This document shows positions 1-11,849 of a DNA stretch of 64,000 bases, piece by piece. A program made the translations under genes and the position numbers. Every line of letters starts with the position of its first letter. Position 1 is the first letter of the stretch. The notes beneath the pieces are model-generated. The model ran no database searches and was not told the DNA's origin. It was given only the letters and a program-made list of their open reading frames with translations. The stretch lies in NCBI RefSeq assembly GCF_009914755.1, contig NC_060935.1; one strand, 5' to 3'. The stretch is from the human T2T-CHM13v2.0 reference genome, Homo sapiens.

Positions 1-445
1 ACAATAAAAATCAGATTTTTATGCTTTTCATCTTTGGTCCCACAAACTAGGTGTAATTTCTCTGTTATTTGCTTTATTTTTTGCTGACAATCTTTGGAAC
101 ACCCAATGATGCCTGTTTTATCTATTTCATGATACAAAAATTACAAACAATGCTATTAACTGTCTCATATGAAAAATGAGATGTAGCTCATTCACACTGC
201 GAATTCTCTCTCCTATTCTATCTTATATTTGATAATAGTGTGATTTCCAATTATTTCCTTGATTCATTTTGAAATAATAATATACCTAACTCTCACTTCT
301 TCTTTCATCAATTTTGCATAGTAGCTTAATTCTCCTCTGTGTAAGTTGATCAGAGTTTCCTGGGTGCAATTTACTCCATCTCTTCTCACCTCCAATTAAC
401 ACCATTTTTTCCCAATTTCCTATTGTGGTAAAAATACATACCCCC

Positions 446-750
446 GGCCAGGCACAGTGGCTCACGCCTGTAATCCCAGCACTTTGGGAGACCAAGGTGG
501 GCAGATCACGAGGTCAGGAGATGGAGACCATCCTGGCTAACACGGTGAAAACCCGTCTCTACTAAAAATACAAAAAGATTAGCTGGGTGTAGTGGCAGGT
601 GCCTGTAGTCCCAGCTTATCGGGAGGCTGAGGCAGGAGAATGGCTTGAACCTGGGAGGCAGAGCTTGCAGTGAGATTGGGCCACTGTACTCCAGCCTGGG
701 TGACAGAGGGAGACTCTGTCTCAAAAAAAAAAAAAAAAACCCAAAACAAA
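446..750 (+). mobile_element. Alu (AluY/Sc-like), pseudogene copy only
   Basis: Full Alu with polyA; TSD acataccccc at 436-445 and 752-761; empty site at ~42055-42065. Confidence 0.92.
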
Positions 751-761
751 AACATACCCCC

Positions 762-1475
762 AAATTGACCATCTTAACATTTTTACATGTGGTGTTTGGT
801 GATAATAAATACATTCATAATGTCATAACAGTCACCCCAATCTACCTCCAGAATTCTTCTTTATCTTGTAAAACTGAGATTCTAGATCATTAAATAGTAA
901 CTCCCCATTTCCTCCTACCCACTGTCCCTGACCATCACCATTCTACTTTCTGTCTTTATGAATTTGAGACCCTAGGTACCTCATATGTAAGTGAAATCAT
1001 ACAGTGTTGGTTTTTCTGTTGCTGCCTTATTTCACATAGCCTAATGTTCTGAAGGTTCATTCATATTGTAACAAATGTCAGAACTTTGTTTTTAAGGCTA
1101 AAATTCCATTATGAGTGTATACCACATTTTGTTTATCCATTTATCATTTATTGGTTAGTTGTGTGGCCTCCACATTTTAGATATTGTGAACAATGCTTCT
1201 ATGAATGTGGGTGTATAAATAAATCTTTGAGACCCTGCATTCAATTATTTTAGGGACGTACCCATAGATGGAATTTCTGGATCATATGGTAACTCCACTT
1301 CTAATTTGTGCAGAACTTTCATGCAGCTTTCCTCAGTAGCTGTACCAATTGAAATTCTCAACGACAGATCACAGGGTTCTAATTATTCTACATCCCTGCA
1401 AACACTTGTTATTTTCTGTTTGTTTGTTTGTTTGTTTTGATGGGAATCATTCTAATGGGTATGAGGCACACTATG
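762..1475 (-). mobile_element. Old L1M (L1MB-like) 3' fragment; paralog at ~42040-42775
   Basis: Reverse-strand L1 3'-end similarity (ORFs 42317-42680 resemble ORF2p C-terminus). Confidence 0.75.
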
Positions 1476-1664
1476 TCACTATAGTTTTCGGCATCATCTT
1501 CTTTCATCCTATTGTTGGGGCTAAGACACAGTCAGTTTTCTTCATCAGATATTACATGAGGTATAAAGATCAAAAATCCAGTTAGCTTCTTCCACTTCAT
1601 TTAGACTCACCCACCATTTTCAGTGAAATTATATTCTCTATTAAAAAAAGAAAAAGACACAGTT

Positions 1665-1770
1665 CATTTGTCTTCACCTTTATTGAAATACAAAATGTTA
1701 AGCATTCAATCTGTACTAGTAAAGGTGTTTCTTGAAGTTGATAAAGGAGGGCTGGGCTGCTTGTGGTTTC
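1665..1770 (-). pseudogene. CASP4LP: Pseudogene terminal exon with AATAAA (1679-1684)
   Basis: CCCCAGCAG|GAAACC acceptor; homologous to 42958-43063. Confidence 0.8.
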
Positions 1771-2039
1771 CTGCTGGGGAGAGAAAGAACAGAAGGTCAA
1801 GATGGTTACCCCTTGCTGCCTTCATCCCATCCCTCATCATGATTCTTCTTCCATCCTCTTCCATTTGCTCTTGACACTTCCCTTGACTTCCATCTGTGAT
1901 CTGTTAATCTTTTCACTGAAATGTGATCTTTGTAAAACCTAAAACCTAAGTAAAATTATGTTACTTCTCTTTTCTAAAGCACTAGAAAGGCTTCTTGTCT
2001 CAGTGAGACAGTAATTTTTAAAGGTTTACCATGTGATAA

Positions 2040-2560
2040 CCAAGAACCATGAGATCTGGCTTCCCACTGCTTCTCCTAATTTGTCTCTGCCATTTTCCCC
2101 ACTCATGTTCTCTTTTGGTCACACTGTCTCATTGCAGTTCTTTAAACATGTTTAGTGCATTGCTATCCCAGGGCATTTGCACTGGCTGTATTCTGTGCTG
2201 GGACACTTTTCCTGCATAAGAACCATATGGTTCACTTTCCAACTCTGTCCATTCTTTGTTCTCATTTCATTATTTCAAGGAAGTCTTTCCTGAGTGAAAT
2301 ATCTATAGGAGTACAGCATCCATCATTTTGTGTGTTCCTTTATCATCATTTATTTTTCCTCTTAGCCTTTTATTTTATTTTATTTTTTGTGTTTCGGCTT
2401 GTGATATATTTACCTATTTGTGTATTCAGAGAATGCTTCTCCTCACTAGTATATAAACTTTCTGAGTGTAAGGAATCTATCTACTTTGTTAATTGGCATA
2501 CTCCAATTAGAACAGAACCTGGTGCATGGTTAATGTTGCAAATGTTAGTCAAACAAACAA
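2040..2560 (+). mobile_element. L2 3' fragment; paralog ~43320-43835
   Basis: cccagggcatttgcactggctgt...agaacagaacctggtgcatggttaatgttgcaaatgtt resembles the L2 3' end. Confidence 0.55.
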
Positions 2561-3175
2561 CTCAATGCCCAAATATAGCCCCATTGGATGGATTAGGCAC
2601 TGAAAGCTGTTATGCTGAAATGATACAATATTGTGACTGGAGTGTAGTGTCAGAAACCAAGAGTAAAAGATGATGTGGCAAATATTGGAAGTATTGAGAT
2701 AACCTTTACACAGTTGAGTATAGAATATAATTTTAATTATGTATCTGAGATGGAGATTAATAATAGGATTATAATATAGCGTTAAATGAAGATGCTATGA
2801 GTGAAGAATGTAGTCATTTGGTCCAGATTGAATGTACCCAATCTATAACATTTTTATCAAAAGAACGAAAATAAAAGTATATCTATTAACACGAGAGCTT
2901 GAAGGAACTTCTGGAAAGGGTTGAGGGTCTGAAAACAGTCTCTCAGTGATTTGTGATCTGCATTATGAGAACATTCTGAGAACGAGAGACTGGATCAACA
3001 CAAACTCTACACTGTAGGGTTTATTTTCTACTGTCTGATAAGGGTACCTGAACACCAGTAATGTGGTATTTGCTGTGAAATCCTCACTCAGAAAATCAAA
3101 GTACTGCTTTCTGCAGAGTTAGTGCCTCTGTTTTCTCATTTTTGTTCAGATTGATGCAATGTTTGGTAACTCAGT

Positions 3176-3205
3176 ATGTGTTTGTGTGTGTGTGTGTGTG
3201 TGTGT
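3176..3205. repeat. (TG)n microsatellite; paralog (TC)n(TG)n at 44435-44483
   Basis: Direct reading. Confidence 0.9.
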
Positions 3206-3559
3206 AAGAAAAGGAGAGAAAAAGGTAGAGTATGAGATGTAAATGAATATAAATAGTAATGGATGCAGGAGTATGTTTCTATTTTAATAAGTGCTACCCT
3301 GGGTTTTTTATTATCTCATTTGGCCTTGGTTTTCCTTACGTCCTTGATTGATTGATTGCCTGATTAATTATAGAGTTGGGGGAACCCAAATGCAAAAAAA
3401 ATCGAATAAAAGATAACAGATAATCAATCACCAGACTACATCAACAAAGTACACTAATTTGGCCATCCAAGTACTCAACTGTCATTGGTCATCGGAACTC
3501 ACCTCCAATATCACACTTTCATTTATTTCATACACCACCAACAACTCTCAATGCTTAAC

Positions 3560-3663
3560 CATTTTCAATTGCCAGGAAAGAGGTAGAAATATCTTGTCAT
3601 GGACACTCGTTCTATGGTGGGCATTTGGACTGTTGCCTCCGGACTTTCAAATGCTTGCTGAAC
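3560..3663 (-). pseudogene. CASP4LP: Pseudo-exon 8 (intact)
   Basis: [35 protein letters not shown] (3565-3567); 104 nt as in CASP4. Confidence 0.92.
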
Positions 3664-4309
3664 CTGAAAAAGAAAGTAGGCTATAGATGAGATACGACTC
3701 TTTTCAAGTCTCAGAAAGCATCTTCCACCATGAACCAGGAAAGTCCTGGAATGAAGAGAGTTTGCAGGTTTCATAGGACCAAGCCCATGGGTATTCTGTC
3801 TTCTCAACGTTGTACACTACCTCTTAGAATTGACACTCCATGTCAGACTGTACCCTTTACATCAAGATAAATACCTCATGTCTAATCCAAAGCCTTTCAA
3901 CATTCATTTCCTCTGTTTTCCATTTCTGACCTACAGATCAGACAATCAGTTATCCCTTGGAAATTGTTCATGAGACCAGGATAGGGAATGGCTCTATACT
4001 TACAACTCCCACCAAGACTGATTCCTCCACTGAATGAGAATTAAGTCTCATTACCTTAACTTTGAGACTTGAACACTGAACAACTTTCACTTCACCACCA
4101 AGCTGATCTTGTAGTCTTTTGGATGAACCAATTGATGAGATGCTGAGATGCTACTTACCCTAAATCCAGAATTTTTAGCTCTTTTTTCTAAGAATACCCT
4201 TGAAAGTACAATGTCTAATTCCTAATTATCCTAAAAAAATTATCTTCTTAGGTCTCTATTCACAGAAACTCTGTCTCAATTTATGCTGCAATCTTCTCAT
4301 ACTCCTTCT

Positions 4310-4610
4310 TTTTTCTTTTTTTATTTTTTGAGATAGGGTCTCATTCTGTCACCTGCCCTGGAGTGCAGTGGCATGATCTCCACTCACTGCAACCTTGTCT
4401 TCCATTGCTAAAGCAATCCTCTCACCTTAGCTCCCAAATAGCTGGGATTACAGGCACCTGCCATCACGCCCACCAAAATTTTGTATTTTATGTAGAGACG
4501 GGGTATCTCCATGTTGCCCAGGCTGGTCTCAAATTCCTGGACTCAAGCAATTGGCCCTCTTCGGCCTCTCAAACTGCTGGGGTTGCAGGTATGAGCCGCG
4601 GCGCCAGTCC
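4310..4610 (-). mobile_element. AluJ-like, shared with CASP4 intron 7 (45925-46230)
   Basis: Diverged antisense Alu at the equivalent position in both copies. Confidence 0.85.
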
Positions 4611-5563
4611 TGGATGGCTTTCTTCTTTAAATGCCAGAATAAAGGTGTATTCTTCTTTTCCCACAGGAGTCATACTGTTCTCTACAGGTTTTACTTTATA
4701 AACAACCACACTATACTGTGTTAATACCAATCCTGTTTTCTCTTTAAAAAATAGAATATATTTAGATTAAATAGAATAGATTCTCTCTTTATTCATTTAT
4801 GCATCTATTTATTCAAAGATTAATTGAATATTTACTGTATGCCAGGTTTGTTGGGGTGCTGAGCAAATCCCCATCATCCTGAAGTTTTCATGTTAGAAAG
4901 TAAATATGGGTAAAATAACAAACAGACAAATACGTAAACTATTAATATATGCCGAGTGCAGGAAGGTAAGAACTATGGAGAAAAATAACATAGGAAGAAG
5001 TGGGAATAAGGAATGTCCCAAATTGGGCAAGGAGGAGCAAGCCTTTCCTTCTGCAATTCTCCATTGAAAGATCGACTTCTTTATTCCCTCTCACATTCCT
5101 TTATGGATCGTATCACAGTCTGTAAACACTTATTTGTTGATTAACCCACATTTTCAGTATCTGTATCTCCCACGAAAATGTGAGTCCTAGATAGGCTAAC
5201 GGCATGCATGCCTCATGTACCCCTCTGTCACCAGGATGGACCCAATGACCTAGTAGACCACCCAGTTTTTATTCATTTCATAAATGAAGTAATAAAAATT
5301 ATTTCAAAATATTTTTCATTCTCTAAAACTTAAGAACTTATAGCCTAATACGTAAAGATTATGGTTGACATTATTTTGTTTTACTTTGATCTCCTGGAAC
5401 TGTTTTTCCCTAAAGCATATTTTAAACACTTGAATGACAGAAACTAGGTATCTCTCAACCTTCACTTGACTGACAAAGATTGTAATTGCGAAGTGAAAGG
5501 TGAATCATGACAAATTCTTCTTGAACAAATGAGTGAATGACTAGAAAAGAAAGAGACACTTAC

Positions 5564-5673
5564 CTTCCAAAATACTTCCTCTAGGTGGCAGCGCCAGGAA
5601 TATCTCTGGAAGCATGCGATGAGTTGTGTGATGAAGATGGAGCCCCTTGTGCTGTCTCTCCTGGACACGTTAT
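5564..5673 (-). pseudogene. CASP4LP: Pseudo-exon 7 (intact frame; SWR>SRR)
   Basis: [36 protein letters not shown] with AG and GTAAGT sites; 110 nt. Confidence 0.92.
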
Positions 5674-6149
5674 CTATGATGATACAGATGGGTATGCCTT
5701 GGGCTATGACCTTCACTATTTTTTGTTTACATTTTTGTTTTGAGGATTTTTTTTTAATAAAAGCATAGCTTGGGAATTATCTTTACAGATTTGGACGACA
5801 TGTTTACAACCTTACATTTAACCACTTTCCGCATAAAGTCAACAAAAAACCTAGCAACAGTTGATCAAAAGGTGCAGTTTGTAAGCATTGCAAGAGATTG
5901 TGTAGTGATTGTATTTTGATTCTTGGGACTGACTTTCTACTACAAACATTGTGTTTATTCTCTTGGCTTTTATAGGGGCTTGAGAAATAACTGGAATTAT
6001 CCCACTTTACAGAGGAAGGAATAGAGGCTCCAAAAGATGAAGAAACTCCCTCATATTACCACAGTGAGTAAGCAACAAAAAATGGCCACTAGGCTCCCAA
6101 GTTGTTTGCAGATTATGCCATGCTGTCTTTCACCATATAATAAACAAAA

Positions 6150-6495
6150 TAGATGAACACACACCAAGTTTCAGTGATAGAAGATGAAAAAAGTGATAAA
6201 AATCTACTGTACAGGATGGTGCCAATAGTAACCAATACTCTATTGTAAACTTAAAATATGCTAAGAGGGTAGATTTTATGTTAAGTGTTATTTTCACATG
6301 CACTCGTGGAATTATAATAATAAACAGAGAAGTGGAAGGATCTTTTGGAGGAGAGAGATATATTTGTGGCACAGATTGTGGTGACGATTTCAGGAGTGCA
6401 TACTTATCTGTAACTCATTAAGTTGTATACATTATATATGTAACATTATATATGTCAATCATACCTCAGTAAACTGGTTTTAAAAAATAAGACTT
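6150..6495 (+). mobile_element. L1M 3' end fragment; paralog ~47760-48100
   Basis: aaatatgctaagagggtagattttatgttaagtg...caatcatacctcagtaaactggttt matches an L1MB/MC tail. Confidence 0.65.
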
Positions 6496-7092
6496 AAAAA
6501 TATACAAATTAAAAATGGTTAAATGTATACTCCTTAAGATAATTACCTAGAAGTGAAATACTAACCAGTGTTCCCCAAGATTAGACGTAATGAGTCCCAC
6601 CCTATCATCTTCTACTTGTTTTAAAGGGTATCCACAGTTCTAGTAGGGCAGGCAATGGCACTGCTCATAGTGGAATCAGATGGGAAATATGGAGAATAAA
6701 ACTTGAAATTGATCATTTGAGAAAGGGAAGCCATTCCTGGAATCCATGAAAACACTACACAAAACATTAAATGGGTTTGATAAATAACAGAATCCATCAT
6801 TTGTGTTTAAATGGTGTGTGGTGAATGGGATTCCTTATGTTGTGTTGCTTTAATATTTGGTATGCCTTTGGCTTTAAATTGTAACACTTATAAGAAAAGT
6901 ACAATTTTTAAAAACGTGGGTGTGGGAGGGGGAAGGAATCTGTTTTCACATCACATCTAAGATCATGTAAAATATGGGAGAGCACACAACATTCCCTCGG
7001 ATCATTGTTTCTTAGGGATTCTTGATTTGGTAGAATCATTCAAAGGTAGCCTCAGGCCCACAAATCACTTAATACCACCAAAAGACGTATAC

Positions 7093-7232
7093 ATGAGGTT
7101 GAAGAGCAGAAAACAATGAAGTCCTTCTCTGGTATGTCTTGCAAACTGCATCCTCCAGGTTCTTAGGTGACTGTGAAGACATGACTCCCAAAGATGCTGG
7201 ACAGTCTCTGACCCACTGTTCCCCATGGTTTG
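7093..7232 (-). pseudogene. CASP4LP: Pseudo-exon 6 (140 nt; 3-nt and 1-nt deletions)
   Basis: ANHGEQWVRDCPASLGVMSSQSPKNLEDAVCKTY, frameshift, then EKDFIVFCSSTS. Confidence 0.9.
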
Positions 7233-7344
7233 CTGCAGAGACAACAATTTTCTACACACTACTGTGCCTCCTACAGTATGGCTATCAGAATCCCCTTGTT
7301 CTTTTTTAATGTTCTTTCTAACTAGTTTCATACACATAGACCCA

Positions 7345-7400
7345 TACACATACAAACACACAGACACACACACACAAACACACACACACACACATACATA
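7345..7400. repeat. (CA)n imperfect microsatellite; paralog 48865-48933
   Basis: Direct reading. Confidence 0.9.
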
Positions 7401-7587
7401 CCACTTTGTTTTCTCTCAAGTGTCATTCAACAGTGTGCCTAGTGATAATGAAATCATCTTGTAGTTACCAGTTTTTAGAAAAATTATTTCTGTTTTCTCT
7501 TTCATTTGAAAAATAGCTCCCAAGAGCTATGAATCAATTGGTCTCAAAATCCTGGCTTCAAGTGTTCCTTCAGCTTTGGCCTGAAGG

Positions 7588-7732
7588 AAAGCAGCCCATC
7601 TGGGTTTGCCTCATCATGTTCAGTTCCACACATTCCCCCCAGGATGCCATGAGACATGAGCACCAAGAACGTGCTGTTGGAGGACTTGTGCTCTGGTCAG
7701 GCAGCAAATGCCCACAGCAATGACTTCATATT
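7588..7732 (-). pseudogene. CASP4LP: Truncated pseudo-exon 5 (TGA stop; QACRG and donor deleted)
   Basis: [47 protein letters not shown], then fused directly to an intron-5 Alu fragment. Confidence 0.92.
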
Positions 7733-8800
7733 CTGGAAAAGAGCAATGTCTAACTTTAGTCGGAGAAGCATCACAATTAATGGGGCCTCCTAGATTTACC
7801 ATGAGCGAAACAAGAAACATATGTAACATCTGGGTCATGGCGCTTCACATAGTGCTTACTCAGTGATGACAGCTGTTTTATGGTTTCATATTTCCTTCTT
7901 AATGGGGCTATGGGTTGCCATTTTCTTCTCTGGCTGACACACCGTCTTCTTTATATATTGTATATTTTTATATGTTACTCATTTCCCTTTTTCTTTTCCA
8001 TCTCAATCTTTCTCCTTACCTACCAAGAGTCATGTGTTATAAATGCATCACACCACTTTCTTTGTAAAACCCATCTCAGTTTGCTTAGAATCAAATCAAA
8101 CTTCTGGTCTGACCATACTCCACCCACATACTATGTCCCTTCTCCTCCAAACTTGAGTCATACTGGTCTTCTCTTTGTGCTTCTCATGTGCCAGTTTCAT
8201 TTTCAGCTCAGCTCTTTCACAGGTAGCTTCTCGTACTTTGAAGGCACTGCATTCATGTCTCTCCAAGGTTGTCTCCTTCTGGTAGTCCAGTCCAACCCCT
8301 GTGTTATCTCCCCACGGAGGCTTTTTCAGCCAACCCAAGAACATTTTTCCTTACCCTACAATTCTCTGTCATGTTTCCTTTTTCTTTTTTCTTACTCTTG
8401 GCTTTCTTGTCACTCTTATGTAGACACACATATATGCACACCTGTTCTCTGAAGCTGTCCGTTTTGCTTATAACTTCACTGTTTCTCTCTACTGTAACCT
8501 AGATGGATGCCGACTGGGAACTTCCTGTCTCATTTACAGACCTACTCCCAATGCTAGGAATAGCTTTGGTCACCAATTTAGTACTCAATATTTGTTTTAA
8601 GACTGTACTCCTGTTTAACACTTATTACTATATAATTTTATGGAGAATCTTGGGGCTGCATCCCAATCACCAGACTTTGAATCTCAATCAGAAATGTGAA
8701 AACTCGTGCCAATCATATTTTGTCTAGTTTTATGGAATTGAGGACATTTGGAGCAAAAAAGAGACATAAATTTACCAATCTAATGCTTTCATTTTTTGCA

Positions 8801-8801
<1 letters not shown>

Positions 8802-8837
<36 letters not shown>
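8802..8837. repeat. (CA)n microsatellite; paralog 50891-50926
   Basis: Direct reading. Confidence 0.9.
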
Positions 8838-8838
<1 letters not shown>

Positions 8839-8944
8839 GGTAGCAGAGATTGTTAAACTTTGTTGAGCTTCTATAAAGCTAACTAGTTATTAGAAGGATG
8901 CGTGTTCAATATGTATGAGTTTGGGGTGGCTGAGGGGTTGTTAC

Positions 8945-9118
8945 CCTGGCTGTCAGATTCTCTTCTACATCCACACTGTAACCCAGATCCTCAAGCAGCT
9001 TCTTCATCTCCATGATGGCAAAGTCAGCCCCATTTCTTGGAGGCAGATGGTCAAACTCTTTATTGCATATGATGAGAACCAGGCGTATGCGGTCCTTTCT
9101 CTCCTTTATTGGATAGAT
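8945..9118 (-). pseudogene. CASP4LP: Pseudo-exon 4 (intact frame and splice sites)
   Basis: [58 protein letters not shown]; AG/GT intact; 174 nt. Confidence 0.92.
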
Positions 9119-9916
9119 CTGCAGGAGGTGGAGATGCAGTGAATTTAATTTATTCAGGTTTCTTTTCTACCCCCTTATGCCTATCAATGTTGCTTTTTTA
9201 AGTCTTCATGCAGCTGCTCTCTGCTGTAACTTGTATCAAAAGACATTGACTTCTTCTTTCTCAAGAACCCAGAGAAAGACAACGACATATCTGGAATGGT
9301 TATTCAGTACTCTTGAGGAAACTAAAATAATGGCTACCCCTTTTCTCATCCCTTTTTTTCTACACCTACGCAAATCTTTCCTAGTATTTAAGATTCGGGT
9401 CAAATTTCATTAAAATCAAGAGATGTGGTCATTGGCTCCAGTAAAAAATGAATATAGCAAAGGTCTTTGCCTTTGGAAGCATAGTTATTTTGATACCATT
9501 TTTAACACATCAACTTGTAATGTTTTTCAAGCCTTAATTATATTTTCAAGTATCCTTCATGTCTAGACTTTTCAACTAGAGTGCAAACAGTTACTACTCA
9601 GCTGTATTATCTTATAAACATTTTTATTCCATGGCTAAAGTTACAATTGTCATAAATTCCAAATGATTACAAAAATAAATACTTGAGCCATAGGAAAACC
9701 AATTCTCTTTCAACCCATGATAAAATGATCTAGATCATGGGTTGAGAGAGAATTGGTGTCTGTGTGAAGTCACATAATCTTTTCCTCGCTGAAAACATTC
9801 ATGAAATAGTTACTGCCATCCCCACCCCCAATCATTTAGTGCTGTAAAAAATGGTGCACTTAATGAAAGCAACGATTTCTCTTCTTTTTTTCTGTTTCAT
9901 GCAGACAGTATAACAC

Positions 9917-10026
9917 CTTTTCAGCTCTTTCTTTACATAGTCTCAGGAGTTATTCATGAGGGCAAAGCTTGAGGGCATCTGTAGATTCTCTTGCCTCAGG
10001 TGGTCCAACCTCCATATTCGAATGAG
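9917..10026 (-). pseudogene. CASP4LP: Pseudo-exon 3 (acceptor AG>AC; GAA>TAA stop)
   Basis: [36 protein letters not shown]; upstream CTCCAC versus CTGCAG in CASP4. Confidence 0.9.
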
Positions 10027-10419
10027 GTGGAGAATATTACATAATATAAGTTGTGATTTCTGCTTCTGTGACCCAATTTATCACCTAAGAAGATCGAGAG
10101 AGAAGATGTCCTGGGAAGAAGATTTCATCACATGTAGGGGTTATAGTTATATCTCATATCTAGGAGATATTCTATATCGGGAGATGCATTGTTACTGGAA
10201 AAGAGAGAAAAGCAGATCCACCCAAAAATGCAATCATAGATTCTGATCATTCTGGGAAAAATATTTTGACGATGTTGGTGTTAAATTTGGCCTTTCCTTA
10301 TACAGTCAAAAGAATTTGATTTTTCCAAATGTTTTACTCTAGGATAAAGGTTTTACTCATTTATTCATGTGGACTTTCTATTGTGTCTGTGCAAGAGTAT
10401 ACTGAGTAAGTAGTTGTCA

Positions 10420-10635
10420 GAGCGCTATCTACTACAAATTTAATGTGTGTTCCATTTCCAATACTCAATTTTTTACTATCGCATTTAAAAAGGAAAACTA
10501 AACAAATTTAATTTTTATTACATATTTATTTAATATAACATATAGGAGGTATTATTTCAACATGTTTCATTAGCCACAAGCCAAGTGCTTCATAGCTACA
10601 TGTTGCGAGTGGCTACCATACAGGATGGACAGCAT
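10420..10635. mobile_element. MER3/MER33-like hAT-Charlie fragment; paralog ~52485-52685
   Basis: tagccacaagccaagtgcttcatagctacatgttgcgagtggctaccata terminal motif. Confidence 0.6.
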
Positions 10636-11059
10636 TCCGTTTTGGATTAATAGTCCCCTCCTAACCCCCACTACACCTGCCGATCCATATATCTACCAAT
10701 CCAAAGAATATTGAATCTTGTACATTCCAGGAATTATATTTTCAACAACCTTACTCTAAATTTTTAATGATTCTAAAAGAAGTGAACTTCTATTATCCCT
10801 ATGCAAATTGTAAAGCCAACTATTTAATGGAAAAATGCTGCCTTGTAACCATAATGGTGTGTCCAAAAAGTTACCTAATATAAACTAACTTAATAAAAGG
10901 TTATATGTCCCACCCACTTATTATAAATAAAAAATGAATGCATATAATGCAATATAAATCATCATTATCATTATCATTATTATTTGCAAGTCACTGTACC
11001 AATGATTTTATAAATGTTAATATAGTAGACCCTCACAATCAGCCATTGGGATGGTTATT

Positions 11060-11225
11060 ACATTCCCTATAGTATATTTATTATGTTATTATATATATTA
11101 TATATTGTATTGTTACGATATATAATATTTTATCAATAATATATTATAACATATCACATTATATCTAATACATATTATATATTTATATATTATATTTAAC
11201 TTAACAATTTTCTTTATATAACACA
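11060..11225. repeat. AT-rich low-complexity expansion
   Basis: (TA)-rich degenerate tract; the equivalent at ~56355-56400 is much shorter. Confidence 0.8.
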
Positions 11226-11849
11226 TTAGGATTCACATCTTGTTTTTTTCACCATATTCTATATTGTTAAACATGACATGGCTTCAGTTGAAATAATTAA
11301 TATATTTGAGCCTCCATCATGCCCAGTGCATTACTGAAATTTCACAAAAAAAATCATTTGAAATGTATATTAACTTATCTTACATGGAAATGGGAAGGTA
11401 GTAAGTAATTGATTCAAATAACATGAAAAGAACTAAGAATATATAGTATATGCGGAACAAGAATTGTAATATAGGGGTTGAGAATCCAGAGCTCCCATTC
11501 TTAATTCATCAAGCTACATTGCCTGACTGTTGGTGAAGAGCTTCTTAAGAGAATGCAGACAAGATATTCAAGGGGCTCAGAAAAGATTAATACATTCCCA
11601 CAGGTAAGATCACAAAGGCTTCTTAGAAGAGGTAGCAAAAATATTGGTTTTGCAATATCAGGTACAGATGTTGGAACAAAATATGAAGATTTGCAAACAG
11701 TAAGCAGATTAGTTTGTGGGATATCCAATCTGCCTGAGTTCTGGGTTTCTGTTCTATTTATTTGTGTGCTCAGTAAACTAATATAGTGTTGATTGAAAGA
11801 ATGATATGTGAAGAAATATGATAATTAAAAATATGGAAGAGTTTACAGC

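Noticed and set aside
286-893. ORFs overlapping Alus (also 4363, 13224, 33390, 34015, 45306, 46007)
   Set aside because: Typical Alu-derived translations with no splice or conservation support.
2155-2673. 172-aa and similar long hydrophobic ORFs (also 7880-8452, 50103-50516)
   Set aside because: T-rich L2-derived sequence; frames are not conserved between the paralogous copies.
7093-7170. Stand-alone small-subunit (p10) ORF from pseudo-exons 6-8
   Set aside because: The EKDF frame is closed by an upstream TAA and has no ATG before it in exon 6.
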